Of a DNA stretch of 64,000 bases, positions 39,676 to 53,615 are shown piece by piece (the first letter of the stretch is position 1; each line of letters starts with the position of its first letter). The notes beneath the pieces were generated by a model, which was not told the DNA's origin, did no database searches, and was given only the letters and a program-made list of their open reading frames with translations. Source of the stretch: Octopus vulgaris (lineage: Eukaryota); contig OX597821.1 of assembly GCA_951406725.2 (NCBI GenBank), positions 88,412,001 to 88,476,000 of the forward strand. The letters run 5' to 3'. The position numbers were made by a program, and so were the translations under genes.

Positions 39676-42600
39676 GTGAGTGTTAGACATTTGATAAAAC
39701 TTCATTCGTTCTAAATTGCATATACGTTAAGAAGAGAGGTCTCAAAAAATCCATAAATTTTGCCTCTTTTTCTTTCAGTAATGCCTCACTGTGTATTAAG
39801 ATTCAACCCTCAAAAACTGTTTTTACATTTCATGCATCAAGAAGAAACCCTGTATATTCCTTAGAGTACATTTAACAAGCTTTCAAATTAGCTCAACCCC
39901 ACGGAAATCTGACGTGACTGTTTACAAAAAGCAGATTTCAAATTTACATTCAGTATCCAGATAGGGAGAACAAAATTTAGGGAGATGAATTTTATCAGGA
40001 CCGCGCAACGTTTCTATTTTCTTCTTAAATCTAAAAATAACGTACTAAGTTTTCGTAAGAGTATGAGATGATGGAAAATCATTTAAAACAGCCTCAGACT
40101 TTTGGTTATTCTTCTAACACGAATCAAATATGTGTGGAAAAAAATCTATAAATGTTGCCTGTTTTTCAATGATCACTAGGCGTGTGAACGGATTCAAATC
40201 TCCTTCTACACTTCATGCATTATATATAAACCATATACATGTATTAAAGTATATTTACTAATCTTCCAGATGAGCTCACCCAGGAAAAATCTTAGGAGCT
40301 AATTACAAAATAAGTTTCAAATTTATTACTTGGTATTCTAAAGAAGGTGGAATATTAGGCGCTTAAAATTCACCTGGGCCTCAAATTATAATGTCAGAAA
40401 ATTTGCTACTGTTTGAGCAATGTTTCTTCATTATTATTGTTCTTATGCTATGGTCGTTCTATTTGTGTGATTTTGCGAATGTTCTCTCCGAGAAGTAAGT
40501 TGATGCAGAGAAGTGCAAGAACTTTTTCTTAAATGTTTACAATTTATATTTCTTTCTGAAAATTTTCCTCCAGTCTATAATCAACATATTGCAGAATACT
40601 CCATAAGTATCACAGCAGTGTTACATAGAATTCTAGGTCCCTCCTGGGAATTGAGTTAAACGATGGTGAAAAACTTAGGAACTTTGAAGTAAGTGGGATA
40701 GAAGGTTGTAGTACAGTTTTAAGAATATAAACCAATTTACCATAGAAAAGTTCTCAAATGACAAACCACGTTGATACACTGAGGAGGATGTGGACTGTTT
40801 CTTATCCATTGCTTGTTGACGAGAAAATGAAGGCACAATCATTTTGAAGTAAATGTGATGTATATGGCCACTCCGTTACTGGAAGAACAAAAATATGGCT
40901 ACTAATGCTCTAACATTTGATGATTACTTGTTTAATGAGATGGTGGTATAATATGTTAATGCAAGTATCTTTGTGGTAAATCGTATGTTTTTTTCATTTG
41001 AATCTAAATTATACCCAGTTAAAAGTTTTAGGCTCAAATCTCAAAAAAGGATGGCGATTTCGGTCCAGAACAATGCTTCCAATGAGCCCAATAATTTCCA
41101 TGTTTGTTTGATCAATACGCTTATCAGGAGTTTCCAACCACCTTCTAATCGCTATTTGACTCAACATATGCCAATTTTGTGTTTTGCACTTGAAACGTGC
41201 AAATTTGGAAATTCCTTCTCAAGACCCAGATTTCAAAAAGTTTTCAAGTTTCGTAAATTTCCAGGACTGTGTTATTAATACACTTCTAAAGATGTCTCAA
41301 CTATCTTGCAAACTTCTCTCACACAACCGATGGCAATTTTTCATCTTAGACTAAAATACCCAAAAATGGAAATTCGGCCCCAGAACACAAGCTTATTTGT
41401 AAATATCGAAATTGTATAAATTTCTAAAATGGCTTTATCAATACGCTCCCAATGAGCCCTCACCCACACTCCAAGAGTCAATTTAACCAAATTTTGCCAA
41501 ACTTTATATTCGGAACTAAATTCCCGAATATGGACATCCCAGACATCTATATTTTTGAAAAGTACGCTTCTCACAAGCCCTCAGGAGATAATTTTCCTTC
41601 AATTTTTGTTAGGTACCTATTTTGAGAAATTTTGACAGTTCTTATACTTTTCGAAAACGCTACAAATTTAATGGAATACACTGATTGTCGATCAAGGCAA
41701 TATGTGCCACCTTCACGGTAGTTGGCTGGGATGGATAGTGTGAAATCCTGTGCATAAAATCTCAATGATATCAAAGACTAGCAATATTGTATCAGGGGCT
41801 ATTTAACAAATGTCCTCTTTGAAATCAATACTTACGTCATTCAGCTAGTTCAACATTTTTGCTTCTATTAATATATGCAGCATGTTGTTATAGGTTAGTA
41901 CGCAAACGTTGATGTTGAAGAGGGCAGCCATGACAGTTCATTTTACCTTTTTCAAATCTGCAGAAACTGTAAGATCAATTTGACAGAATCCACTGACAGA
42001 ATCGAAACATGTCGCTAACATAAAGTGAATTGGAATTTAACTACAAGCAAACGAGAGAAAGCAAAATATTTTTATTGAAAACCAGTCAAATCATGAAAGC
42101 CAGACAAAGGATCCTGACACGTGAAAAATCATTATTTCCGAACTTTTTTTCTTTTTTCATTCCGTTTTTTTCCTTTTATTTTCAATTCTTTATTCTGTCA
42201 CAATTCGTCTAACAAAGTTCGAAGCTGCAAAAAATAAAATTTTTGAGACTTTTTCATTCTTATGACAATACCTGTCTATATCATAAAGTTTTTCGGTCAG
42301 AAGGTGCGTATCGTTTCCGGACATTTACAATTCTAATGTATATAGCAAAAAATGTTTAAATGCATTGACATAAAAAAGAAAAACTGTTACAATTTTGGAG
42401 AACTGTGACTTGAAGACATAGATTAAATGTAAACCTAACAATTGTAAAATATTATTCCAAATCATTGTGCGACACTCATGGATTTTCTTATGAAACTATA
42501 TTTCGTCAAGTAAGCTTATACTTGTCGCAGCTGTTGCTTGGCTGGTATAATGGTAGTTGGTAAACAAAGATATAATACGTCGACTGTGAATAATAACTGA

Positions 42601-42907
42601 AACAAAACCTGCGAACATTAAACTGAAATATTTGCTGTCTGACACAAAGGTATTGTTTCTGGCAATTTACAATTAATAAAATTCATAATTACGTGCTGGG
42701 AGAGAGCGAAAATCCGCGCCGTGTCTGTTGACGTTACTAATGAGACATTATGTGAATGTTTAGAATGGCTTTGTCTGAGAAACTGGAGATGACAGCACTG
42801 GTGTCTGGAAAAGTCGGAGTGGCAAGAATGGAGGCACATATCGCTCAGCTGCCATCAACGTTCTGAGATTAAAAAGCACTAAATACAGTCTGTTATAAAG
42901 TACAAGA

Positions 42908-43293
42908 GAGAAGCACTCCGTCGGTTACGACGATGAGGGTTCCGGTTGATCCGAATCAACGGAACAGCCTGCTCGTGAAATTAACGTGTAAGTGGCTGAG
43001 CACTCCGCAGACACGTGCACCCTTAACGTAGTTCTCGGGGATATTCAGCGTGACACAGAGAGTGACAAGGCCGGCCCCTTGAAATACAGGTACAACAGAA
43101 ACAGGAAGTAAGAGTGAGAGAAAGTTGTGGTGAAAGAGTACACCATGGATCACCACCATCCCCTGCCGGAGCCTCGTGGAGCTTTTAGGTATTTTCGCTC
43201 AATAAACACTCACAACGCCCGGTCTGGTAATCGAAACCGCGATCTTATGACCGCGAGTCCGCTGCCCTAACCACTGGGCCATTGCGTCTCCAC
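42908..43293 (-). mobile_element. Full-length tRNA-derived SINE family 3 with 13-bp TSD
   Basis: Head TGGCCCAGTGGTTAGG...GGTTTCGATTACC; TSD ataaagtacaaga at 42895-42907 and 43294-43306. Confidence 0.9.
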
Positions 43294-43734
43294 ATAAAGT
43301 ACAAGAAGAATATTGTTACATCATGTTACAACTTCATGCTGATTGGTTGCATGATAAAGCGATCACAAGAACTTGTGGTGATTCCCCCATGGTGTCTGAC
43401 CGGTTATCTCGCGGTTAAGGTTTCGAATCACCTCTACATACTCAAGACGGAACTCTTACTGAACAAACATGTCACAAGATCGTCTGTGGCCTGTAACCAA
43501 GTCTTGTATCGAATTGGAACTAAGACGAAATATATATTCCGAAGATCATATACAAATCTTCGGACATACTACCATAAAAAAATAAAATAAACGAAACAAG
43601 TAAGGTAATTCTGAGAAAAAGAAAACGAAATCCTTTAACAGTCACTGGTAATATATGAATAAGGAAGACCACGAATTTGTCTTATATTATTCATTAGTAG
43701 GTGAGTAGGTGGACGTCAAAATATCGTTTCTCTG

Positions 43735-43870
43735 ACCCTGGGGTCGACTTTGCCTTTCATCCTTTCGCAGTCGATAAAATATGTACCAGTCGAGAACTGG
43801 GACTTGATGTAATCAACTTAACCCACCCACTAACTTTCTGGCTTTGTGTCAAAATTTGAAAACAATATAT
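43735..43870 (+). mobile_element. SINE family 2 fragment
   Basis: ggtcgactttgcctttcatccttt...; close copy at 48160-48295. Confidence 0.75.
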
Positions 43871-43949
43871 ATATTAATAAATAAAATAAAACATATGCAT
43901 ATATACATACATATATGTACATACCTACCTCTACATGTACATATACACG

Positions 43950-44370
43950 CATATATGAATACAGGACACCAAAAAGACGTCGAACACAATGAGAAACGAA
44001 TACATAGACACAAACCAAAGGAACTGGACATTTTTTAAACAACAAAAAAATAGAGTACAGGACAATTAACACAAAGAAAAACCTCTTCTTCAGTCGCTAT
44101 GGTTTCATCTACTCTACGTTTCGAAGGTGAAAGCGAGACGTATCTTCGACAAGAAACTTTCCTTCCTGCGAAAAGCAAATCAATTAAAATTCTGAGATCT
44201 TTTCGCAGAGGGGTAAAAAATGGTAACAAAAACAGGACAGTAACGACAGTACAAATTATAAACAGTAAAAGACAGGACAAGGAAAAACAAGATAAGGAGG
44301 GCTGTTAACGCCGAACGAAAAAAAGTATTGCGAACGCGGATTTTTTTATGAACGACGAGCGGAGCAATAT
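43950..44370 (-). mobile_element. Decayed PLE pLTR-like fragment with HHR-like remnant (about 44110-44160)
   Basis: Minus strand tct TGTCGAAG...CTT CGAAAC GTA gag; TA-rich flanks. Confidence 0.4.
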
Positions 44371-44906
44371 ATATATATACCTTGCGTGTGTGTAAGTGTG
44401 TTTGTGCAAGAAATCTGTTTATGCATTTGATGTGATCGAAATTTGCAAAATAGCCACCCCATTTTGCAATTCAGGAAAGCGATTTAGATTATGATAATAA
44501 TGAAATATTAAAGAAAGTAGGAATGAATGATGACAGAGTAACGAATGCAAAACTAAAGGAAACAATGAATTATAGACATATGCAACAAAACTGGCGTTTT
44601 AAAACCGTCGTAGTGATCGTTAATATAGATGGATTGAAAAGAGGCTGGCTTAGCTAACAACAGCTGATGGGAGACATGATCTTAAGAGATGAGTTTAAAG
44701 CATTCAAAAAAAGTGAAAGAGACGAGCAGCTAAGAAAGCTCTTTCAGAGACATAATTCTTAATATTTAAGTGAAAACATATTTGCAATACATACATACGT
44801 ACATACATACATACATACATACATATCTCTCTCTCTCTTCCTATGTATATTTATGATTGTTTGTTTATGTGTACACACACACACACACATACACACACAC
44901 ACACAC

Positions 44907-44982
<76 letters not shown>

Positions 44983-45134
44983 TTTAGTAAAACAATTAAG
45001 ATTCAAGTGAGTTCCAATGAATTCACATGAATGCGGTACTTAAATTAGATGCACCAGAAATCTTTATGGTATTAACCATAAAATAATGTGGGGTGATTAT
45101 AACCAAGGAAAAAAGCAACAAGAATGGACTAGTT

Positions 45135-45225
45135 GTTCAGTACAATTGTTTCATACGAAGAACAGTTTTATTTAAAACTGCAAATATTGCAGAAAGAACA
45201 AATGTCCCGTATTCATCAACTGAAA
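45135..45225 (-). ncRNA. Type I hammerhead motif (C3U variant) in the PLE 3' region
   Basis: ttcag TTGATGA ATACG [structured loop] CGTAT GAAAC AATT GTA ctgaa; palindromic ACAATTGT. Confidence 0.7.
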
Positions 45226-46383
45226 CACATATGAGTTTTCCAAACATCCTAGAGAGTGAGGCTACCCTCATGAAGTATCGGAGAGAGTTCTATGAAATTC
45301 AAAGTTAGATTGTAAGCAGACTTAAAATGTTTTCTAATGATGCACAGTTTTATAAAAAGTTTATTAAAATGATTGTTAACTTCTCAGAGTAGGTGAATCC
45401 ATCCATAATAATGCAGATGTAATTTCCGGAGATATGAGGAAAGATTTTAATCACAGAGAGGGTGAATGTATCCATAATAATGCAGATGTAATTTCCTGAG
45501 GTATGAGGAAAAAATGTTGATCACACATCTATTCGTTTCACAACTAAGTTGTTGGAAGAAGTTTGGCTATAGTGGCCAAAGTCGCAAAAAAAAAAATCAG
45601 TGCAGTAGAAACCGCCCGAATAAGGACATTATAGGAGGAGGGGGTAGCGGAATAAGAAGGCGTAAGTATTCTACAGACAAATATTAATTTATTTCTGTGG
45701 TGACAGAAAATCTAGGTCAGTGTTGCAGGAATTTAAGATTTATAAGGGAACATTATTTTTGACCAGCAAACAGCTATTAACTGCCACTCCAGCAGAGTTA
45801 ATGGCAAGATAAAGAAAATAGAGAGATCAAAGGAAAACATTAAAGGGGTCAAAGGCTATCAGTAGAGGAAGATACAGTAAGAAATTTACGGGCAACACTA
45901 GAATAGAAGGTTATTTATTTATTATTGTTTCTATTTTTACCTATGTTTATATATTGTAAAACAGAATTTAGGTCAACACCTAGAGGTCACATAATTTCTA
46001 TAGTAAATGATGTGAGAGTTTTGCTTATTCAAATTATAGTGAAAATTACTTATATTATTATTAAAGGAGTAGTATTATCTATTAGATTTAGAATAGAATT
46101 AGGAAATATTAGCAATTTATTTGATTTAAGTTAGGTTAACTAAATTGACTATATAGTCAATTAAAGCTTGGCATCTTACAAATACTATTTTTTTTGTGTT
46201 TTAAACAGGTACAGTTAGAAAGAAAGAACACCAGTGGAAGAGCTCACAGATTTCCATTAAAAATATATTAGAGTTTTGCTTTTTTAGTAAATACAAGATA
46301 GACCTGACTAAATACGGTTATCCTATACGGTTTTTATTTAAAGTATTTAAAAGTCTTGATTTTTGAGTGAATATAAGACGGAC

Positions 46384-47279
46384 CTAATTCAATACGTTAT
46401 TTAATAAAATTTTTTTTCTATGCTTTAAAATTTCATATGTCTCCATGGAGCAGAGCTGGCAACCTACCCTGTTATTTCTATAAGGTATCGCCCTTCTAAC
46501 TATTTCCCATTTTAGGTTATATTTAATATTACTATTTTTGAGTTCCCAGATCTTACTGGAAAGTGTAGTGCAACCAGCTTTATGACGTAACTTAAATGAG
46601 GAGATATGATTACTAATTCTTTGCTTAAATTTTATAGTACAACCCAATAAAAAAATTTACTATTCGCAGTAGTTATAGTACATTTATAGATTACGTTATG
46701 GGCCCCACACATACCAGGTGCCGGGCATTTTGATTTAATCCTACAATTACACCTAGGGGGATAATCTTCAGGTTTAGAATTATTTAAGGATAGATCTCTC
46801 ATATTGCTGCTATTCAAATTATTATGAGTATAATTTTCGTTATTATAGGTAATGTTGTTATCTAAAGCTGTGTAATTATTTATCGATCCGTTTACACTAT
46901 CATTTAGCTCTATAGCCATATCATAATTATCAGCATTATTGGTATTGCTACTATTATTGTTTGTATTTATATTCGAATGCATATTGCTGTTATAGATATC
47001 AATGTTATCTTCATTCCCGATATTATCTCTATTTGTTTTGCTCATATTATTATCATTATTATTATTCGTATTAATATTAATATTATTATTAGTTATTCCA
47101 TGGTTATTGATGCTACCCTTATTTTGATAATTATTGTTATTGTTATTATTATTATTTTTATTTATGATAATATTATTACAATTATTATTGGTATTCATGT
47201 TGATATTAGTCCTATTATTCCTGGCTAACGTAATGTTTTTATTATTAATTTTAGGTGTTATAGTGGACATATATATACA

Positions 47280-47283
<4 letters not shown>
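46384..47283 (-). pseudogene. PLE ORF C-terminus: Asn-rich linker plus GIY-YIG endonuclease, one frameshift near 46648
   Basis: CNCRIKSKCPAPGMC..NVIYKC..FFY/xGCT..FKQRISNH.SSF..TTLS..IWELK..LKWEI..CQLCSME; layout recalls Hydra-clade PLE endonucleases. Confidence 0.8.
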
Positions 47284-47327
<44 letters not shown>

Positions 47328-47399
47328 TGCCTCCAAATAAAGCATACATAATCTCCGCAAATCCAGAACCTGTGCCTCAACGTTCTTTCTCTGTTACGC

Positions 47400-48710
47400 A
47401 CAAATAATGTTACCCATACGTCGAGCATTGATGAAAATATATGATACGAAGATGCTGATGCCGATTAAAAACGATTGAGTGGCCCGAGAATATTACACCA
47501 GACTTTCAAACCATGTAGCACTCAATGACCTCCTCTTACAAAAAAGTTAATATTCCACAACATATTTGCAGTACCAATGCTAATGATAATATTTAGAACT
47601 CACCCCTAGTCTATTGAGGAAATCTCTTCCGTAGGCATGAATTCCAGCAAGATCCTGTCATCAAATGAAAAATTCCATAGAAACTGTGATATCGAGTATT
47701 TCCACCTAAGAAGAGGCAAATGAGGCAGAAGTTTATGTTCGGGACGGACAGTATTTCAATGACATATGGAATATTTCCGGTGGCACCTGATATACAACAG
47801 CATCGCAAATAAATATATAACCTAAGACCAAAACACGAATAAGACAATATCATACGAGTCCGCAGGGAAATCTTCAGGAAACATTCTGCGTGACGAACCC
47901 CAAAACAGACGGTCTAATGTACTTGAAAAACGTCCTGGGTTTGGAAATCTCAGGGTAAAACGAAAAAGAAGTTAAGCATGGCTACTGTTCTCCACGACTT
48001 TAAAATGACACTAAAATCAACATGAAGTACAGCTTTTCTTGGACTAGTGACTTCACACTTCCAAGTCTATGTGTTTCCATGCAGGAGCAGAAGCTTGCTA
48101 CAAAGTACGTACTGAACCAAAAAGTACGTATGCCAATATATATATATTCTGACAAATTTCCCTGGGGTCGACTTTGCCTTTCAGCCTTTCACAGTCGATA
48201 AAGTATGTACCAGTCGAGAACTAGAACTTGATGTAATCAACTTACCCCACCCACTAACTTTCTGGCCTTGTGCCAAAATTTGAAACCAATATATATATAA
48301 GGCCTTGGATCCCCCAAATAAAGCCTAAAATATTGATTATTGAAGACATCACTCATGCAATCAGCAGCTGCCCAAATGTGCCACAACCGAATGCGACATG
48401 ACGTTGTCGCTAAATATTTAAAAGAAAAAAATTCTCGAAATAAGATGAAAATAGAAAAATACCTGTTGTTGAATGCAATCATAAATATCAATATTCAGAA
48501 TACAGGTGGAACATTCCTTTTAAAACGTCTACCGAATACAAACGTAACGGGCTGGATATAATTGTTTGGGGCAGAGAAAAAAACCTATGTACCGTCATAA
48601 AGGACAGTTGTACTGCTGGTGTAAACATCTTTTCGAAAATCACAAAGAATATGACTACGGACCGCTGCTTCGAATCTTTCAGATACTGAAACCATGTTAA
48701 AAATACATAT
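47400..48710 (+). pseudogene. Decayed RLE-type non-LTR retrotransposon (related to 30130-30755)
   Basis: KFHRNCDIEYFHLRRGK*GRSL, IEDITHAISSCP, MRHDVVAKYL, YGPLLR; many disruptions. Confidence 0.65.
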
Positions 48711-48713
48711 TTA

Positions 48714-49225
48714 TCTTTTACTTGTTTCAGTCATAAATCTGCGACCGTGCTGGGGGATCACGTTGAAGAAATTTTAGTCGAATGAATTGACCCCATACTT
48801 ATTCTGTCGGTCTCTTTTAACGAATCTCTAAATTAAGAAGACATAAACAAACAAATACCGGTTGCTAAGCTTTAGGTGATACACACACACACTTATACAC
48901 ACACACACACATATATAAAATATACACGACAGGTTTCTTATAGTTTCCGTCTACCAAATACACTCACAAGGTTTTGGTTAGTCCGGGGTTATAGTAGAAG
49001 GTATCATATAGCGGGACTGAATGTGAACCCATGTGTTAGTTAGTTAGTTAATTTTTTGGCTCAAAAAGCAAAAAAAGCAAGGCCATGTAAGGGGACATGG
49101 AGTTATGTACAGGGTGGTGTTCATGTAAAGAGTTCAGGCCACTTGTGGTCAAGGGAGACTTTGAACCGAGCGGTCGTCGGCATCTCATGTGGTTGAAAAG
49201 CAAGCTTCTTACCACACAGTATTGC
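48714..49225 (-). mobile_element. Decayed SINE family 1 with nested CR1 3' end
   Basis: Collinear with family 1 except for the insert at 49036-49185. Confidence 0.75.
49036..49185 (-). mobile_element. CR1 3' terminal 150 bp with TSD catgtg
   Basis: Reverse complement of about 32523-32670; TSD at 49030-49035 and 49186-49191. Confidence 0.85.
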
Positions 49226-50791
49226 CAGCACATACGAATAATTAGTGAACTAGTTTTTGTTATTTAATGCGTAATAGGCAATCTAGAAAAGCTGGGAGTT
49301 TGCGAAATATAGATTAATCAGCTAGTAGACACATTAGATCTCTAAACAGAACAGTAAAAATAGGCAAAACTTTTCAGAAGTTGAACTTGTGACATTGTTT
49401 TTGTTATCTATATTACAATGATGGAACTGTGTACTTCTCTTAGAATGTGTCTCCTTTCTTTCAGGAAGAATTCAAGTAATTGAAATTCGAAGACAACATT
49501 TATATATACACATAAATTTCGAAACATAAAATGAAACAGCATATATTCTAAAGAGTGATACCAAATCAGTGTCGAAGTATCGACTCGAATATTATTCATA
49601 TCCATGTAATTACAATGAAACATTCGAACCAGATTAATCTGCAAGATATACATCAACACATTACCATCTGAAAAAAATGGCATAGAACCAACCAAAAATC
49701 CGTTAATACATGGTTCTTTTCATTTGGTATCCTACGACCGATATGGATTTCCCACTATCATGTAACATCGTCTGGGAATTGACTCCAGGCATAAAAGTTT
49801 GTGTAATGAAATGTAAAATGTCTCGAGATGAAATACATAATATATTTTATATTCTAGTGTATTGTCTTCAGTTCGACCATATCGACATTTTGTAAAAAGA
49901 GACAGCTGCAAATACGCACACATAGAAACACACCACACATGTACACAAACACTCCTGCTCACACACAACCACAGACATGTGAGTTCATGCGTCTTTGCAC
50001 AATATCACAATATTCTGATAAAAAAATTTTTTCGTGAAATTATATTTATTTTACTACCTGAAATTTAAGAAAAACAATGAACGTATTAATTTTTTGTTAT
50101 TTTAAAGACAAGTAAAAGAAAATTGAGTTGGATTATATGCATGTAAAATGTCATTTTTTTCCCCGAAATATAAATTTTTAACAGTAATTCTTAAAAATGC
50201 GAAAGGAAATAAAAGTATCTGCATGGAAACAATTTATATTCTGCCTGTTTACAAGTGTCTGTACAGAAACGTAATATGCTGCTTTTTTTACACATGTTTT
50301 TCAAACATTCATCTTCTACTGCTTGTTTACATACATGTATGCAGATACTTTATATTCTGTTTGTTTACTTATCTCGGTTGAAATAGCAAAAGTAAGACAT
50401 CTGAAAGTCTGGTAAATTCTTGGTGTTTTCGTCCTTCAACGCATTTTAGATATCATGGTAAAAGCCATGCTGGAGCATCACGTTCAAAATGTTTGTTCAA
50501 TGCCATTTGTACCACATAGTAAGTCTAGCGACTCAGTCTCATTATTGAGATTTTCATTTTTGCTGGAAAATTTGACTTGTGCACAAATGAATCTGTCAAG
50601 TCATTCTTGCACCAGCTGCACGGTGTTTGCATATTTTCATTCATCATGCTAGTGTGAAATGCATTCTGGTTCCAGTTATCAATCTAATGAACAGTTTAGT
50701 CAAGTTTTGTACGCATTTAGGGAGGCAGTTTTATAATAGCGGACCTTTACTATTCCATGTCATTACTCATTTACTCATTCTCATTTAATTG

Positions 50792-51178
50792 TTTCAGTCA
50801 TTTTGACTGTGACCATGCTGGAGCACCGCCTTTAGTCGAAGGAATCGACCCCAGGACTTATTCTTTGTAAGCCTAGTACTTATTCTATCGGTCTCTTTTG
50901 CTGAACCGCTAAGATACGGGGACGTAAACATACCAGCATCGGTTGTCAATCGATGTGGGGGGGGACACAAACACAGACACATAAACATACACATATATAT
51001 ATATATACATATATACGACGGTCTTCTTTCAGTTTCCGTCTACCAAATCCACTCACAAGGCTTTGGTCGACCCGAGGCTATAGTAGAAGTCACTTGCCCA
51101 AGGTGCCACGCAGTGGGACTGAACCCGGAGCCATGTAGTTCGTAAGCAAGCTACTTACCACACAGCCACTCCTACGCC
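50792..51178 (-). mobile_element. SINE family 1
   Basis: Reverse complement of 4993-5381. Confidence 0.9.
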
Positions 51179-51439
51179 TTCGGTATAGTTTTCCTAGAAT
51201 TTTTGAGATGGGAAGTGTTTGGACCTGAGAGTACACTCATCCAGTTATTTGTAGTAAAACCTCTTATTCCTTGTGCTGAGGCAGGGGAAGGTTTCATCAT
51301 ACTGCTATTGTTGAATGAAAATCGATCTAGCCAGTGTTCTCCGCCAATACGCATGACGCTCACATCCATTCATTTTGTCAACTAAAATATGAACTAAACT
51401 AGACTAGGAGTGAATCAGCAGCTGCTTCAATGTATTACG

Positions 51440-52306
51440 TTATGTATGTGTGTATGTATGTATGTATGTATGTATGTATGTATGTATGTATGTATGTATG
51501 TATGTATGTATGTGTGTGTATGTATGTATGTATGTATGTATGTATGTATGTATGTATGTATGCATGTATGTATGTATGTATGTATGTATGTATGTATGTA
51601 TGTATGTATGTATGCATGCATGCATGTATGTATGTATGTATGTATGTATGTATGTATGCAAGCATGCATGCATGTATGTATGTATGTATGTATGTATGCA
51701 TGCATGTATGTATGTATGTATGTATGTATCTATGTATGTATGTATGTGTGCATGTGTGTATGTATGTATGTGTGTGTGTATGTATGTATGTATGTATGTA
51801 TGTATGCATGCATGTATGTATGTATGTATGTATGTATGCATGTATGTATGCATGTATGTATGTATGTATGCATGTATGTAATGTATGTGTATATGTATGT
51901 ATACATGTATGTATGTATGTATGTATGTATGAATGTATGTATGTATGTATGTACGTATGTATGTATGCATGTATGCATATATGTATGTATGTATGCAAGT
52001 ATGTATGCACGTATGTATATATGTTTGTATGTATATATGTATGTATGTATGTATGTATGCCTATATGTATGTATGTATGCAAGTATGTATGCATGTACGT
52101 ATATATGTTTGTATGTATATATGTATGTATGTTTTTTCTTTGAGCTTAATTGAAGTTCTTGAAAGAGTTCAAGCCGGTCGCTAACAAAGCAAGGAGACCT
52201 TTTGAGTTGAGAGAGTTCCCGGTGTTTGTAAATATGTGGTTGAGTTGGTGTGTTGGTCGAACTGTCGATGAATATATACAGGTATGTATGCATGCATGTA
52301 TGTATG

Positions 52307-52340
<34 letters not shown>

Positions 52341-52365
52341 TGTATGTATGTATGTATGTATGTAT
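51440..52365. repeat. Large (TATG)n tetranucleotide array (to about 52130) plus a second block at about 52280-52365
   Basis: Direct observation. Confidence 0.95.
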
Positions 52366-52429
52366 TTCTGCAGGCATGTATACAAGCATGTCCTTGGTAA
52401 GATTTTAAGCTATTGTGACCTTAAATACA

Positions 52430-53200
52430 GGGACCCTGAAAGATAGAGAAAAACAAAATTACTCGGCCAATACCAACTTTACACTCTGAACACTTTTAAC
52501 CAACCACAAACCCATTAGTTGCTGCGGAGCTCAAGGTTAAATCGCTAACTGAGGTGTTCATTCTTGTTAGATGAGATACGAGCATATTCACAAGAAATTC
52601 CAAGCAAAATTTCCTCAAAAATAAACTGGGTTTAAAATGCAGAATCTGTGACGAAGAAGTCGAGCCAAAAGGTCATATAGTTTTAGGGCGTTCAATATTG
52701 GCTCTAAGAGAATATAAGCTCGGCACCATTGAGTTGGGCAAAACCTTTACTTGACACCATAATATCATTATGGTACAGAGCATGCTAAGAACTTGTGTGA
52801 ACACTGTTCTGTACAGGTATTCGGGGAAAAAAGACGCAACAGTGTTATTGGATTTTACCAGTCAATACAAACTTTACTATAAACGGCAATCAGACTGATA
52901 TTATCGTGAATGGTTTAAAAGACAAAGCATTCTGCTTTTGGATACGATTATACTATTTAATAAAAACGTATCTGCCAGGACTACGACAACTTGCAGACAA
53001 ACTTTCAAATTACATAGAAATAGAAATTTTCGATTAACAGAATCTAGCAATTGAAGACACCGATAACACTAGTCATAATTGGTGCACTTAGAATCATAAA
53101 GGAGAATTTAAATGAGTTCCATGGAAAAATTCCTGGTAAATTCGAAATTCACGAAATTGAAAAAACAGTCGTTCTTACAATATCGCTCACATTTTACGTA
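52430..53200 (+). pseudogene. Decayed RLE-type (R4-like) LINE C-terminus
   Basis: KCRICDEEVEPKGHIVLG..LALREYK, LLDF, NQTDIIV, TLVIIGALRII..IPG...EIEKTVVL. Confidence 0.65.
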
Positions 53201-53449
53201 AATTTTATCTTTGTAATATTAATTCTGAATTTTTCATACCTTATTATTTATATTTCTATACACTGATTCTAAAATTATTTTCTGTGCTTTAAAAACTACA
53301 TTATGTTGTGAAATGGCCATTATATAACAATACCTGCACTAGTGCGTGGACGACAGCAGGCAGAAATTGTTGCAAAAAGCCATATCAAAGGAAGATGACA
53401 ATAATATTGACGAAGTCGAGGCAGGTGATGATGGCGATGAAGACGATCA

Positions 53450-53615
<166 letters not shown>

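Larger units (their letters stand above)
44979..47283 (-). mobile_element. 5'-truncated Penelope-like retroelement (C-terminal GIY-YIG endonuclease, 3' region with HHR) inserted in (TA)n
   Basis: GIY-YIG remnant at 46384-46760, HHR at 45135-45225 on the same strand, (TA)n at both ends (44906-44978 and 47284-47322). Confidence 0.8.

Noticed and set aside
41905-42020. CGAAACATGTC with upstream TTGAAGA
   Set aside because: No matching stem I or II
39800-42500. Possible decayed DNA transposon
   Set aside because: No TIR pair or transposase motif could be identified by eye
43215-43293. tRNA gene
   Set aside because: tRNA-like head of a TSD-flanked SINE with no intact cloverleaf; the same applies to the other SINE heads
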